42,445 nucleotides of DNA from positions 1 to 42,445 of the forward strand of contig CAVKNF010000002.1 of assembly GCA_963657415.1 (NCBI GenBank). Direction: 5' to 3'. The notes beneath the pieces were generated by a model. That model made no database searches. It had not been told where the DNA came from and saw nothing but the letters and a program-made list of their open reading frames with translations. The translations under genes were made by a program, and so were the position numbers. This DNA comes from a bacterium. Lineage in GTDB: Bacteria > Bacteroidota > Bacteroidia > Bacteroidales > Bacteroidaceae. Shown here piece after piece: positions 8,877 to 18,130 of this stretch; within the stretch, counting starts at the first letter, position 1; the number at the start of each line of letters is the position of its first letter.

Positions 8877-10825
8877 TGGAAAAGGAATTCTTGCAGTCGT
8901 TTTTTGACACGCAACTGGCCGAATGGCCTGAGTGTGCAAAGAGATATGACGACCTCTCGAAGGCTCGGCATAAGACCGTAGATATTGACGGTCGTGAATA
9001 TCAACTCGTGTTTAATCCTGCCCGCATGGCTTCGGCAAAGGCCAATGTGGACTCTGGCAAGATAGAGCGTCCCTGCTTCCTGTGCCGCAGCAACCGCATG
9101 GAGGTGCAGAAGGACATCCTGTTGACACCCGATTGTAGCGACAACAAATATCAACTCTCGGTTAATCCGTTCCCCATTCTCACCAACCATTTCACCATCA
9201 TCAGCGACATTCACTGCCGTCAGGAGATGACTCAGGAGCGTTTGTGTGACATGGCTTACATGGCTAAGGAGATGCCCGGCTATCTTGTCTTCTTCAATGG
9301 AGCGTTGGCAGGAGCGTCTGCCCCCGACCATTTCCATTTCCAGGCAGTGCCACAACATCTCGTGCCATTGACATCATGGAGCAACACCGTGAAACTCGAT
9401 CTCGGCGTGCAGGTGGGCAATGCCGATGAGGTGAAGATAGACTTCCGCAGGTCGGACAATATGAATATACTCTGCTGGAACACTCCCGAGGGATTGTGCT
9501 GGTGGATAGTGGGACGTCACAAGCACCGTCCTTCGCAATATTTCGAGGAGGGCGATGCTCAGGTCATCATCTCCCCGGCATCGCTGGAGTTTGCCGGTGT
9601 GGTGCCTCTGCCGCGTGAGGAGGATTATGAGAAGATGGATGCCGCTCTGCTTGGCGACATCATCTCGCAGTGTCGCGATGCCGAACCGTTGGTGGATGTC
9701 GGCATAGGCAAGGCTGACATGAATAAGACCGACAATGCCGACGGCACTTTCACTCTCGACAATGTGCGCATAGGTATCGGTTTTCATTGGGACCAGCACC
9801 GACGCTTCACCTATGAGGGTCAACTTGTAAACCGACTTAATGTAGAGAATAACGAAATGTGGGCTGTCGACAGACTCCCCGTGGAGCGCTATCTCTTGAG
9901 TGTCATCTCATCAGAGATGTCTGCCACAAGCAGTCTGGAGTTGCTCAAGGCTCATGCCGTAGTTTCCCGCAGTTGGCTCATGAGGCAGATAAGGATGAAG
10001 AGTCCCCTATATATAAATAATGTATATAAGGAATCGCCCGCCAATGACAATGCATGTGATGAGGACGAGGTCATACGTTGGTATGATTCCCATTCCCACT
10101 TGTCTTTCGACGTGTGTGCTGACGACCACTGTCAGAGATACCAGGGCATATCCAAAAAGATGAACCCCGTGGTGGCTCAGGCCATCGAGGAGACTCGAGG
10201 TGAGGTGCTCACATATGACGGCGAGGTTTGCGACGCACGCTTCTCAAAGTGCTGTGGCGGAGTGACAGAGGAATACAAATACTGTTGGGAAAACATCGAA
10301 GTGCCTTATCTGCAAGCCGTTCCCGACACAAGACCTGACGGCAGCGTATTCTGCGATACTCATGACAAGGAAGTGCTGCAACAGGTACTCAACGACTATG
10401 ACCAGACCACAGCCGACTTCTATGAGTGGGATGTGGAGTATACGCAAAGCCAGTTGAGCGAACTCTTGGAGCGCAAACTCCATCTCGGCATAGGCACCGT
10501 GGAGTCTATGGAGCCCCTTGAGCGTGGCAAGAGCGGACGTATCAGCAGACTCCGAATAGTAGGTTCCGAGCGTACTGTCGTCATCGGCAAGGAACTGGAG
10601 ATAAGGAAAGGTCTCAGCGAGACCCATCTCTACTCGTCGGCATTTAGCGTCATAGTGGCTTATGATGACAATGGCGACAAACTCTTCCGTCTGCATGGAC
10701 GTGGTTGGGGACATGGAGTGGGGATGTGCCAGATAGGTGCCGCCGTGATGGGAGCCGAAGGCTATGACTACAAGACAATACTTTCACATTACTACAAAAA
10801 CGCACAGATAAAGAAGATATGGTAA
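8876..10825 (+). CDS. DUF4922 (HIT/GalT-like phosphorylase) fused to SpoIID/LytB lytic transglycosylase domain
   Basis: N-half FNPAR..S, RPCFLC, VNPFPI, FFNG..AGASAPDHFHFQ; C-half VERYLLSVISSEM, LKAHAV.SR, CADDHCQRYQG, GRGWGHGVGMCQIGA, ILSHYY. Confidence 0.88.
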   Translation: MEKEFLQSFFDTQLAEWPECAKRYDDLSKARHKTVDIDGREYQLVFNPARMASAKANVDSGKIERPCFLCRSNRMEVQKDILLTPDCSDNKYQLSVNPFPILTNHFTIISDIHCRQEMTQERLCDMAYMAKEMPGYLVFFNGALAGASAPDHFHFQAVPQHLVPLTSWSNTVKLDLGVQVGNADEVKIDFRRSDNMNILCWNTPEGLCWWIVGRHKHRPSQYFEEGDAQVIISPASLEFAGVVPLPREEDYEKMDAALLGDIISQCRDAEPLVDVGIGKADMNKTDNADGTFTLDNVRIGIGFHWDQHRRFTYEGQLVNRLNVENNEMWAVDRLPVERYLLSVISSEMSATSSLELLKAHAVVSRSWLMRQIRMKSPLYINNVYKESPANDNACDEDEVIRWYDSHSHLSFDVCADDHCQRYQGISKKMNPVVAQAIEETRGEVLTYDGEVCDARFSKCCGGVTEEYKYCWENIEVPYLQAVPDTRPDGSVFCDTHDKEVLQQVLNDYDQTTADFYEWDVEYTQSQLSELLERKLHLGIGTVESMEPLERGKSGRISRLRIVGSERTVVIGKELEIRKGLSETHLYSSAFSVIVAYDDNGDKLFRLHGRGWGHGVGMCQIGAAVMGAEGYDYKTILSHYYKNAQIKKIW

Positions 10826-12120
10826 AAAGAATGCTTTCCAATCCCTGGGCATGGGTTCCTTCGCTCTATTTCGCCGAAGGCATGCCCTATGTGGCCGTGA
10901 TGACCATCTCGCTCGTTCTCTATAAGCAGTTGGGACTTTCCAACACAGACATCACCCTCTACACCTCGTGGCTCTATCTGCCATGGGTGATAAAACCCCT
11001 GTGGAGTCCTTTCGTTGACATCATACGCACCAAGCGTTGGTGGGTGGTGATGATGGAGTTGCTCCTCGGAGCCGCATTGGGCGGTGTGGCATTCACCATC
11101 CCTACATCCTTCTGGTTGCAGGGCACGCTTTTCTTCTTCTGGGTGATGGCCTTTGCCAGTGCCACCCACGACATAGCCGCCGACGGCTTCTATATGCTCG
11201 GACTTTCAGATCATGACCAGGCATGGTTTGTCGGCATCAGAAGCACCTTCTATCGCTTTGCCACAATCTTCGGTCAGGGAGTGCTTGTCATGATAGCAGG
11301 CAATCTGCAGGTCATATTCCGCAACTCCATAACTTACTCCTGGAGTCTTGTCTTCTATGGCATAGCAGGACTCTTCATCGCCCTTTGGGTATGGCATGGC
11401 ACGATATTGCCACGTCCAAAGTCAGACGCACCTCGTCGCGGCATCAATGCACGCAGCATATGGATGGAATTTCTGCGCACTCTCTACACCTTCTTTAGCA
11501 AGAAGCAGGTGGTGGTGGCTCTATTGTTCATCCTCTTCTATCGCATGCCTGAGGGATTGCTGTCAAAGGTCAGTGCACTCTTCCTTATCGATGCTGCCCA
11601 CAAGGGCGGACTCGGCTTGTCGCCCCAGGAATATGGTTTCGTACAGGGCACGGTAGGTGTCATAGGACTGACTCTCGGAGGTATACTCGGCGGTATGGCG
11701 GTGAGCAAGGACGGACTGAAGAAATGGCTCTGGCCTATGGTCATGGCTATAACGCTGCCCGACTTGGTATATGTATACCTCTCGTTTGCATTGCCGTCAA
11801 GTCTTGCCATAATCAATGTGTGCGTGTTTGTAGAGCAGTTTGGCTATGGTTTCGGCTTCACCGCTTATATGCTCTACCTTATTTATTATAGCCAGGGCGA
11901 ATACAAGACATCCCACTATGCGCTTTGCACGGCATTTATGGCCTTGTCGATGATGATTCCAGGACTCTTCGCAGGAGCCTTGCAGGAGGCTGTGGGCTAC
12001 CGCATGTTCTTCATCATCGTGTGCTGCTTCTGCATAGTCACCTATCTCGTCAGTCTCATCGTGAAGGTAGACCCTAACTACGGAAAAAAGGTAAATGAAG
12101 AACAAGTCACGCAAGAGTGA
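10819..12120 (+). CDS. ampG: AmpG-family MFS muropeptide permease
   Basis: YFAEGMP, LPWVIKPLWSPFVD, SATHDIAADG; about 12 TM segments. Confidence 0.85.
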   Translation: MVKRMLSNPWAWVPSLYFAEGMPYVAVMTISLVLYKQLGLSNTDITLYTSWLYLPWVIKPLWSPFVDIIRTKRWWVVMMELLLGAALGGVAFTIPTSFWLQGTLFFFWVMAFASATHDIAADGFYMLGLSDHDQAWFVGIRSTFYRFATIFGQGVLVMIAGNLQVIFRNSITYSWSLVFYGIAGLFIALWVWHGTILPRPKSDAPRRGINARSIWMEFLRTLYTFFSKKQVVVALLFILFYRMPEGLLSKVSALFLIDAAHKGGLGLSPQEYGFVQGTVGVIGLTLGGILGGMAVSKDGLKKWLWPMVMAITLPDLVYVYLSFALPSSLAIINVCVFVEQFGYGFGFTAYMLYLIYYSQGEYKTSHYALCTAFMALSMMIPGLFAGALQEAVGYRMFFIIVCCFCIVTYLVSLIVKVDPNYGKKVNEEQVTQE

Positions 12121-12140
12121 CTCTTTCAAGTGAGGATTTC

Positions 12141-12884
12141 TTATACGCACATAGTGGCGTATAAGAAATCCAACACCTCTTTTGCAGGTTTCTTTAATTT
12201 GATAATAGGGTCTATAAAATACAATGTGCCGTCTTCCTTACAAAGTACATTGTCTCCTAAATTCGTAACGTCTGTTATGGCGTAGTATTCATTGCCATAA
12301 AAGTATTTGTCCTCCTTTGATAGTTTGAGAATCTTGAGTAGATAATCGTCTATCATCTTTTGTGACGGAACTCGAAACATAGAAGGGATGTTTGCTTGCT
12401 GCAACACTATCCTTATGCCTTTTGCATCTTCTGAGAATCCGATAAAGTGATATCTTGTTGACGGAAACAATATATTGTGTATGAGATGCTCGTAAATAAT
12501 GTCTTCGGGCTTAGTATTTTTCATCGGGGCTTTAGCAAACGGTGATTTCATCTTCGTATAAGTCTTTGCGTCCGTGCTCAAAAACACAATGCTTTCGCCC
12601 GTTGGAGTCATACGTCTATTGCCGAACCGATACCATTCTGATTCGGAAATATAAAGGTGGTTGTCTTTTGCAATCTTTATCAACCGATTACATTCCTCTT
12701 CCTCTGCATCTCTCGCGCTTTTCCCGTTATCTCCATGTCGTTCAGAGGGTAGCCCAACCTCAAACACTCGTATATCGCTTCTGTCGCTATCTGCCTGTAT
12801 TTTTTGCTCACGCTCATAACATACTGGAGAGCGGTCTGACCGCTTACCAAATATATGGTCGACAATCTTTCTTCCATAATTCAT
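12141..12884 (-). CDS. Polyvalent-protein-type Ser/Thr kinase domain protein (Kinase-PolyVal-like)
   Basis: GESIVF, K in YTKMK, HNILFP.T.Y...GF, IVLQQ, catalytic-loop-like ITD.....NVL, YFIDP; AT-rich; TAAATTTG box at 12907-12914; true start uncertain. Confidence 0.75.
   Translation of the reverse strand: MNYGRKIVDHIFGKRSDRSPVCYEREQKIQADSDRSDIRVFEVGLPSERHGDNGKSARDAEEEECNRLIKIAKDNHLYISESEWYRFGNRRMTPTGESIVFLSTDAKTYTKMKSPFAKAPMKNTKPEDIIYEHLIHNILFPSTRYHFIGFSEDAKGIRIVLQQANIPSMFRVPSQKMIDDYLLKILKLSKEDKYFYGNEYYAITDVTNLGDNVLCKEDGTLYFIDPIIKLKKPAKEVLDFLYATMCV
12680..12877 (-). CDS. Small nested protein (65 aa) in the +1 frame of the kinase 5' end
   Basis: AATT-ATG start context (A at -3) about 30 nt from the -7 box; amphipathic helical sequence YRQIATEAIYECLRLGYP. 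Confidence 0.55.
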   Translation of the reverse strand: MEERLSTIYLVSGQTALQYVMSVSKKYRQIATEAIYECLRLGYPLNDMEITGKAREMQRKRNVIG

Positions 12885-13090
12885 GTTTCCTATGCTGTAA
12901 TGACCGCAAATTTAGTCATTTTATATGAATAACCAACCAATTCTACCCCATTGTTTCCTATATTTTGCAATATTGTATGCTTGGCATGTGACTGAAAAAT
13001 ATTTTTGCCGTTTCGTGTTTATATATTACCTTTGTATAATAGTAGGTGGGTTAAATAAGAACCCACCAGTAAGAAAAAACAATGATGGTT

Positions 13091-13501
13091 ATGAAGAAAA
13101 TACTTGTTGCGTTTGCTGTGGCGATGCTTGCATGCTCATGCTCCACAAGCCAGTCGTCACTCAACAGTCTGAGAAGTGTGGTCAACGATGCCCGTCAAAA
13201 CGGTCAGGACTACACGGTGAAGGAATGGAAGAAGTCTTCGCAGAAATATTACAAGGCTGACAAGAAGGTGCTCGGATATGCACTAAAGAAATCGTATACT
13301 GCAAGCGAACTTAAGGAGATAGGTACGCTCAATGCCGACTATGTGGCCGCTTGCTCATCGTCGGCAGCCGCAGCCTCTGTCAACACAGCCTTGACGGTGA
13401 AGGGCATCTACAGTGGAGTCATGGACCGCTTTAAGTCATCAAAGGATACCTACAAAGACGCCTTGAAGCAGATAGAGAGCATCTTCGGCATCGGACAGTG
13501 A
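13091..13501 (+). CDS. Hypothetical helical lipoprotein
   Basis: MKKILVAFAVAMLACS-C lipoprotein signal; TACCTTTG at 13027-13034; 5' hairpin ggtgggtt/aacccacc at 13045-13067. Confidence 0.75.
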   Translation: MKKILVAFAVAMLACSCSTSQSSLNSLRSVVNDARQNGQDYTVKEWKKSSQKYYKADKKVLGYALKKSYTASELKEIGTLNADYVAACSSSAAAASVNTALTVKGIYSGVMDRFKSSKDTYKDALKQIESIFGIGQ

Positions 13502-13522
13502 TGCCGAAGATGCTTGCTTCCT

Positions 13523-16048
13523 CTATATGGAGAATATGGCAGAAGCCAAGATCTCACGCGGACGGTATTCTGTAATAGAATAAGAATATCCAAGTGTTGA
13601 GAAACTCTTGTATTCGCGTTTGTTCTCTCCCCATAGATTCTTGCATGTCAGCATAAGTTCCACGACTTTCGTCTTATAGGAGAGTTGTGCCTCGGAATAT
13701 ATGTTGAAACTCACAGAACCGTCTTTACTGTGACTACAGTCGTTACTCATCTTTAATTGCCAATTGCCAGGTTGGAAATAAATGTTGAGCCTGTGCCGAA
13801 AACTTCTGTATGTTTGGTCTTTCATCCCTTTCATCACCGATTGCTGTGTGCTTTGGGCGTAAGATGTGTTTTCTTCAAAATAGAACCATTTGGCAGGACG
13901 CATGCTTGCCGAGAATGTCAGTTCCAGCGTGCGGCTTCCGCTTCTTACCTTTGCCGCATTCCTCATTATGTCATAATGGGAGATGCTATATGAAGAGTAA
14001 ATGCTGAGTTTCGTTCGCATAGGGCGAAGGAAACAGTCCACATGCCCGGAAAAGGAATTGCTCATGGATTTGCTGTCTTTGCCTACATTCTCGCGGATAT
14101 AGACTCCATTCTCAACACGACTTTCATACAGGTGATTGAAACGTCTTTGGCTAAAAAAGTAGCCACAGCCATATGACAGTCCGTAACCTGGCAATGTGTA
14201 GTTGTAAGACATGGAAACGTGGTCGCTGGGACTATGCTCAAATTGCCCTGTTCCGGAAGAAGCAGTATTGTAGGATGTGTATATCCTCAATGGATTGAGA
14301 CTATAGAATCCGCTTTGACTGAAACTATGCGAAAGGTTCATCAGAAACAGACTGTATGTGGACAACTTCCAGTTGACATTGGCAGAGGGAGTATATTGCA
14401 ACCTGTTGTCTTTGTCAAGTTCATAGGATGCATATATCCATGCAAATTCATTGTTCAGCGATATTCTAAAATTCTTATAGCGATATTTTGTACTTATTCT
14501 TAGTGCCACATCGTTCTTCCGATAACGCATCCATTGCAAAGTGTCATTGTAACTTACAAATTCACGCTTGAAATCCAAATTGTGTGACAATGACAAGTCC
14601 AGATTGAAATGCTTTCCGATGGAATTCCCGTAAGTCACCCTATTGCTCATCGTAAAAGAATTGATATTCACTTCTTCATATTGACCATTATAAAGAAGCA
14701 ATGTTCCTGGCAAATACGTGTAACTAATGCTAGAACTTGCATTCATTGTCTTGTCCTGTTTCCCGGAAGAGTTGATAGAGAAAGAATTGCTGATTCCTCG
14801 TTTATGAGGCTTTACGTCCTCGCGCAGAATTCTATTGTTCAGAGTTGTGGCGGAATTGGAATGATTGTATGTCAACACTCCATCCAAATTCTCATGGAGA
14901 AAGAATTTTGCAGAGTTGAGTGTATAATCGACATTTGCCCGCCATTCATTTTTATATGCAGCGGCCTCCCTTTTCTGTGTGACAATAGAATTGTTTGCAT
15001 CATCCAGATAACTATACTCGCTATAACTGTCAGATGTCGATTTGTCTTGGATAGTGGAAACTATGGCTCTCAGGTCTCTATCGTCATCCAATGACTTATA
15101 TGCATTTATTGCCACCAGGTGACTATTGTTAAAACCTTGCCGTCCTTCTCCTGCAACCCCGATGTTTTGAAGCAGACCGCTGTCGGACATATCGCTGGCC
15201 ATGCCTCCCAATTCGCTTGATATATTCTCTCCTATATTGTTGTGTTTGTAAATGGCCAGAAACTGAATATTCTTGTTAAGATACATCTCCACAAGTCGGG
15301 CCTTGCGCATCCATACCATAGGCTTTTGCAGAGACATTCCACTGCCTAGTTCTGCAGTTCCCGTCCAAACATTCTTTGCATTCTCGTTCATCACGATATT
15401 GATGGCTGCAGACTCGCTGAAAGTTTTTCCCCGTAAAGATTTTATAGGTTGGTGATTGCGCAACAGTTGTATGCTGTCCACCTTGTTGGCAGACAGGTTC
15501 TTGCTCAAGAGGGCATAGTCTCCGCCCATAGTGTTCTTGCCGTCAACATAAAATCTATTGATGGGAATGTTCTGATATGAAATCGTTCCGTTTATGTCGA
15601 CACTGATTCCTGGGATTCTTGAGATAACGTCCTCTATAGTCCTATCTTGTTTCTGCCTCAGACCCAATACTGAGTATATCAGCGTGTCACCCTGTATGCG
15701 GAATTGTTTTGGAGTAACGGTGACCTCCTTTATTTTCTGCACCTTTTCCTCCATGACGACTTTCATTCCCTGTTTGAAAGATTCCGTGGATATGTTCTTC
15801 TTGGCAAATCCCATACATGTGAAGGATACGCTTGCGATGTCCTTGCCTAGTGGCGTTTTTACAGAAAAGCGTCCCTGCTTGTCGGTCTTTGTAAAAGTCG
15901 CTATTTTCCCCTTACTGTCAAGCAACATCACGGAAACGGATGCCAATACCTTTCCTTCGCTGTTGGCAACTGTTCCCGTGAAAGTGTCTTGTGCTTTCAG
16001 ATATATGCTTGTGAAAAGCATTAAAACGATAAGTGCTAATCTGCTCAT
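13523..16048 (-). CDS. Outer-membrane beta-barrel with carboxypeptidase-regulatory-like domain and plug (GLPGLI-associated, TBDT-like)
   Basis: Signal peptide; GTVAN..G...ASVSV, TD..GRF, GF..K, IKEVTV, GDTLIY, IEDVI.RIPGI.VD..G.I, FYVDGK, NHQPIK, AAINI; alternating beta-strands to the C-terminus. Confidence 0.8.
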   Translation of the reverse strand: MSRLALIVLMLFTSIYLKAQDTFTGTVANSEGKVLASVSVMLLDSKGKIATFTKTDKQGRFSVKTPLGKDIASVSFTCMGFAKKNISTESFKQGMKVVMEEKVQKIKEVTVTPKQFRIQGDTLIYSVLGLRQKQDRTIEDVISRIPGISVDINGTISYQNIPINRFYVDGKNTMGGDYALLSKNLSANKVDSIQLLRNHQPIKSLRGKTFSESAAINIVMNENAKNVWTGTAELGSGMSLQKPMVWMRKARLVEMYLNKNIQFLAIYKHNNIGENISSELGGMASDMSDSGLLQNIGVAGEGRQGFNNSHLVAINAYKSLDDDRDLRAIVSTIQDKSTSDSYSEYSYLDDANNSIVTQKREAAAYKNEWRANVDYTLNSAKFFLHENLDGVLTYNHSNSATTLNNRILREDVKPHKRGISNSFSINSSGKQDKTMNASSSISYTYLPGTLLLYNGQYEEVNINSFTMSNRVTYGNSIGKHFNLDLSLSHNLDFKREFVSYNDTLQWMRYRKNDVALRISTKYRYKNFRISLNNEFAWIYASYELDKDNRLQYTPSANVNWKLSTYSLFLMNLSHSFSQSGFYSLNPLRIYTSYNTASSGTGQFEHSPSDHVSMSYNYTLPGYGLSYGCGYFFSQRRFNHLYESRVENGVYIRENVGKDSKSMSNSFSGHVDCFLRPMRTKLSIYSSYSISHYDIMRNAAKVRSGSRTLELTFSASMRPAKWFYFEENTSYAQSTQQSVMKGMKDQTYRSFRHRLNIYFQPGNWQLKMSNDCSHSKDGSVSFNIYSEAQLSYKTKVVELMLTCKNLWGENKREYKSFSTLGYSYSITEYRPREILASAIFSI

Positions 16049-16848
16049 TCTGACTTTACGTCGAAATATTCAATCGGATATGGTGTCCAGGGGTCAATGT
16101 GAAACTTCGTTTTGACACCATTATTATCATAAGACTCGTAATCTTGTCCCAATTCTATGGCATATTGAGTAGGGTCTTCTGCCTGACGCACGATTTCTCT
16201 GTAGACCTCTTCGGGCGAACTCTTCTTGTAACCAGAAGTGCTTATCCCTATTGACTTGTCACCGCCATTCTTGATTTCAATAGCCTCAAACGAATACTGC
16301 AGTTTGTCGTCAATGGCTTTCAGTATGAGTCCTGGCAGACCGCCAAGTTTCCACGGTCCGTATGCATAAGGCAACTCGACTGTAAACCATACAGTCCAAG
16401 TCCTGCCTCGGAATGTAGTGCAGGCCTTCTGACACTCGTATCCGCAGACTATAGTGTCACCATCGAGCATGTTCCATTCAAAAACTGGCAGAGGCTCAGT
16501 GTAATAAAAGCGATTTGTTGACACTTTGTCTTTGCAAGTCATCTGTCCTTCAGGATATCCCTGCACAATGTCAAAATCGTGGCAACCATTGATTTCCCGT
16601 TCCTTTGGCTGATGTATCCATCCAGGTACATACTTCGGCAATATAGTCTGGCACATGGAGCATTTTTCTCCTATGCACAAAAGTTTGTTTTTCTCATATG
16701 ACGGGTGTGACCAGTCACTGCGAGATAACATTAAAGTCTGGTATTCTACTGTGAGAATACTTTTATCCAATGACTTTTGACCAAAAATATGGCAAAAGCA
16801 GCTAGAATATAAAGCGCAAACTGTTAGCGCGAATAATCTTAGTTCCAT
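16045..16848 (-). CDS. GLPGLI family protein
   Basis: W.....T.VCGYECQKA..FRGRTWTVWFT.ELP...GPWKLGGLPGLILKA.D; signal peptide. Confidence 0.93.
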   Translation of the reverse strand: MELRLFALTVCALYSSCFCHIFGQKSLDKSILTVEYQTLMLSRSDWSHPSYEKNKLLCIGEKCSMCQTILPKYVPGWIHQPKEREINGCHDFDIVQGYPEGQMTCKDKVSTNRFYYTEPLPVFEWNMLDGDTIVCGYECQKACTTFRGRTWTVWFTVELPYAYGPWKLGGLPGLILKAIDDKLQYSFEAIEIKNGGDKSIGISTSGYKKSSPEEVYREIVRQAEDPTQYAIELGQDYESYDNNGVKTKFHIDPWTPYPIEYFDVKSE

Positions 16849-17231
16849 TTTTTAACAAGAAGTTCTACTAGTATATAAGCAACTTTGTTTCTTCCGAAAT
16901 AATCTTGCAGATAACCCCTGAAAATAGGGTCTCCTGTCAGTCGTTCGCATGAGGATTGATATTCCACTTCGTAATTGTCAACCTTAAAATACTTTATTTC
17001 TAATCCGTAATCAATTGTAATACCTTCATAATGATAGATGGACTTTACTCCGTTTTTGTACTTTACGGTCACTGCCGCTTCCCCAGTGTAACTGTGCCCC
17101 TTGACAACATCAATATTAGAAAGAATTGCCACTTCGTTTTTAGCATCCGAGATGCTATCTCCTGCTTGAACACTGCACGTGTATGCAAAAAATGCAATTA
17201 ACATCATTAACCTCAACAAATTCTTTTTCAT
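16839..17231 (-). CDS. Hypothetical secreted protein (~130 aa)
   Basis: MKKNLLRLMMLIAFFAYTCSVQA signal peptide; overlaps the GLPGLI start; TACATTTG at 17347-17354. Confidence 0.7.
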   Translation of the reverse strand: MKKNLLRLMMLIAFFAYTCSVQAGDSISDAKNEVAILSNIDVVKGHSYTGEAAVTVKYKNGVKSIYHYEGITIDYGLEIKYFKVDNYEVEYQSSCERLTGDPIFRGYLQDYFGRNKVAYILVELLVKKWN

Positions 17232-17468
17232 AAATCTAAAAACGCGTGCACCACAATGTTCATAATCTGCAATGGTATTGCACAAATTGATATATCTATT
17301 CTACCTCTGTGGTGCTTCAGAAATGACAGATATATCTATGACGTTGCAAATGTATAAAAATATTTTCACTTATTAGTAAAAATGTATAAAATAATTCGAT
17401 ACTGTGTGATATTGTGGAAGTATCGGCAAAAATAGTGTCGGTAATGATGTATTGAGGTCGTGAAGGCA

Positions 17469-17915
17469 TTACACCTTCACCTTTATAATGAGTTTGCGCA
17501 CCTTGCCACTGCCGATGACAGGGGCGTGTGGGTCTTCGGGCCACACTATCATGAACTGACCAGGATGGAGAGTGACATACACCTGGGCACGGTCGGCATA
17601 GAAGGCGCAGTCGGCTGATGCGTCGTAAGCCTGCTTCACGTCAGTGCAGTCTTCCACGGGTTTCCAACCGATGGTCTCCTCGCCCTCCAAGAGCACATGG
17701 ATGTCGATGTAGTCACGGTGTATCTCAAGCACCTGACTGTCAGCGCTGACGAGGTCAGGGTTGGAATTGTTGATGAAGAGGTCGTCGCCCTCTATCTCTA
17801 TGCGTCCGCATGGGGTGTTGAGCAAGTCGTGCGACTTGATGTAGTCAAACGCTTTCTTAAACAATGGATGGAGCGACTCTATGCGCTCTGTATGTTGAAG
17901 ATTTGAAACTATCAT
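17469..17915 (-). CDS. YhcH/YjgK/YiaL (DUF386) family protein
   Basis: LEIHRDYIDIH, GEETIG, D..FY, F.I..PED.HAP, VRKLIIKV. Confidence 0.9.
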   Translation of the reverse strand: MIVSNLQHTERIESLHPLFKKAFDYIKSHDLLNTPCGRIEIEGDDLFINNSNPDLVSADSQVLEIHRDYIDIHVLLEGEETIGWKPVEDCTDVKQAYDASADCAFYADRAQVYVTLHPGQFMIVWPEDPHAPVIGSGKVRKLIIKVKV

Positions 17916-18130
17916 TAGGCAAGCACTCCTTTCTCTCTCATATAATCGGTAAGGTCTTCCATTAGGTATTCCTTTCCAAATGTATGAAGTACGTCATAAC
18001 TTGACACCAAATAATCCATGAGAATGCCAGAAGTCTTGAGACGTTGATATACATCACGAGCACTCAAATTTAATCGGCGAGAAAGGTTGCCGATGCAATA
18101 TGTTATGAAATCAATATTGTCCGTATTCAT
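17915..18130 (-). CDS. DUF3791 domain protein
   Basis: F..YCI..L...L.....VY..L...GIL..YL...YDVLHT.G.EY..EDL; TAATG overlap with the next gene; TAACTTTG at 18179-18186. Confidence 0.85.
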   Translation of the reverse strand: MNTDNIDFITYCIGNLSRRLNLSARDVYQRLKTSGILMDYLVSSYDVLHTFGKEYLMEDLTDYMREKGVLA

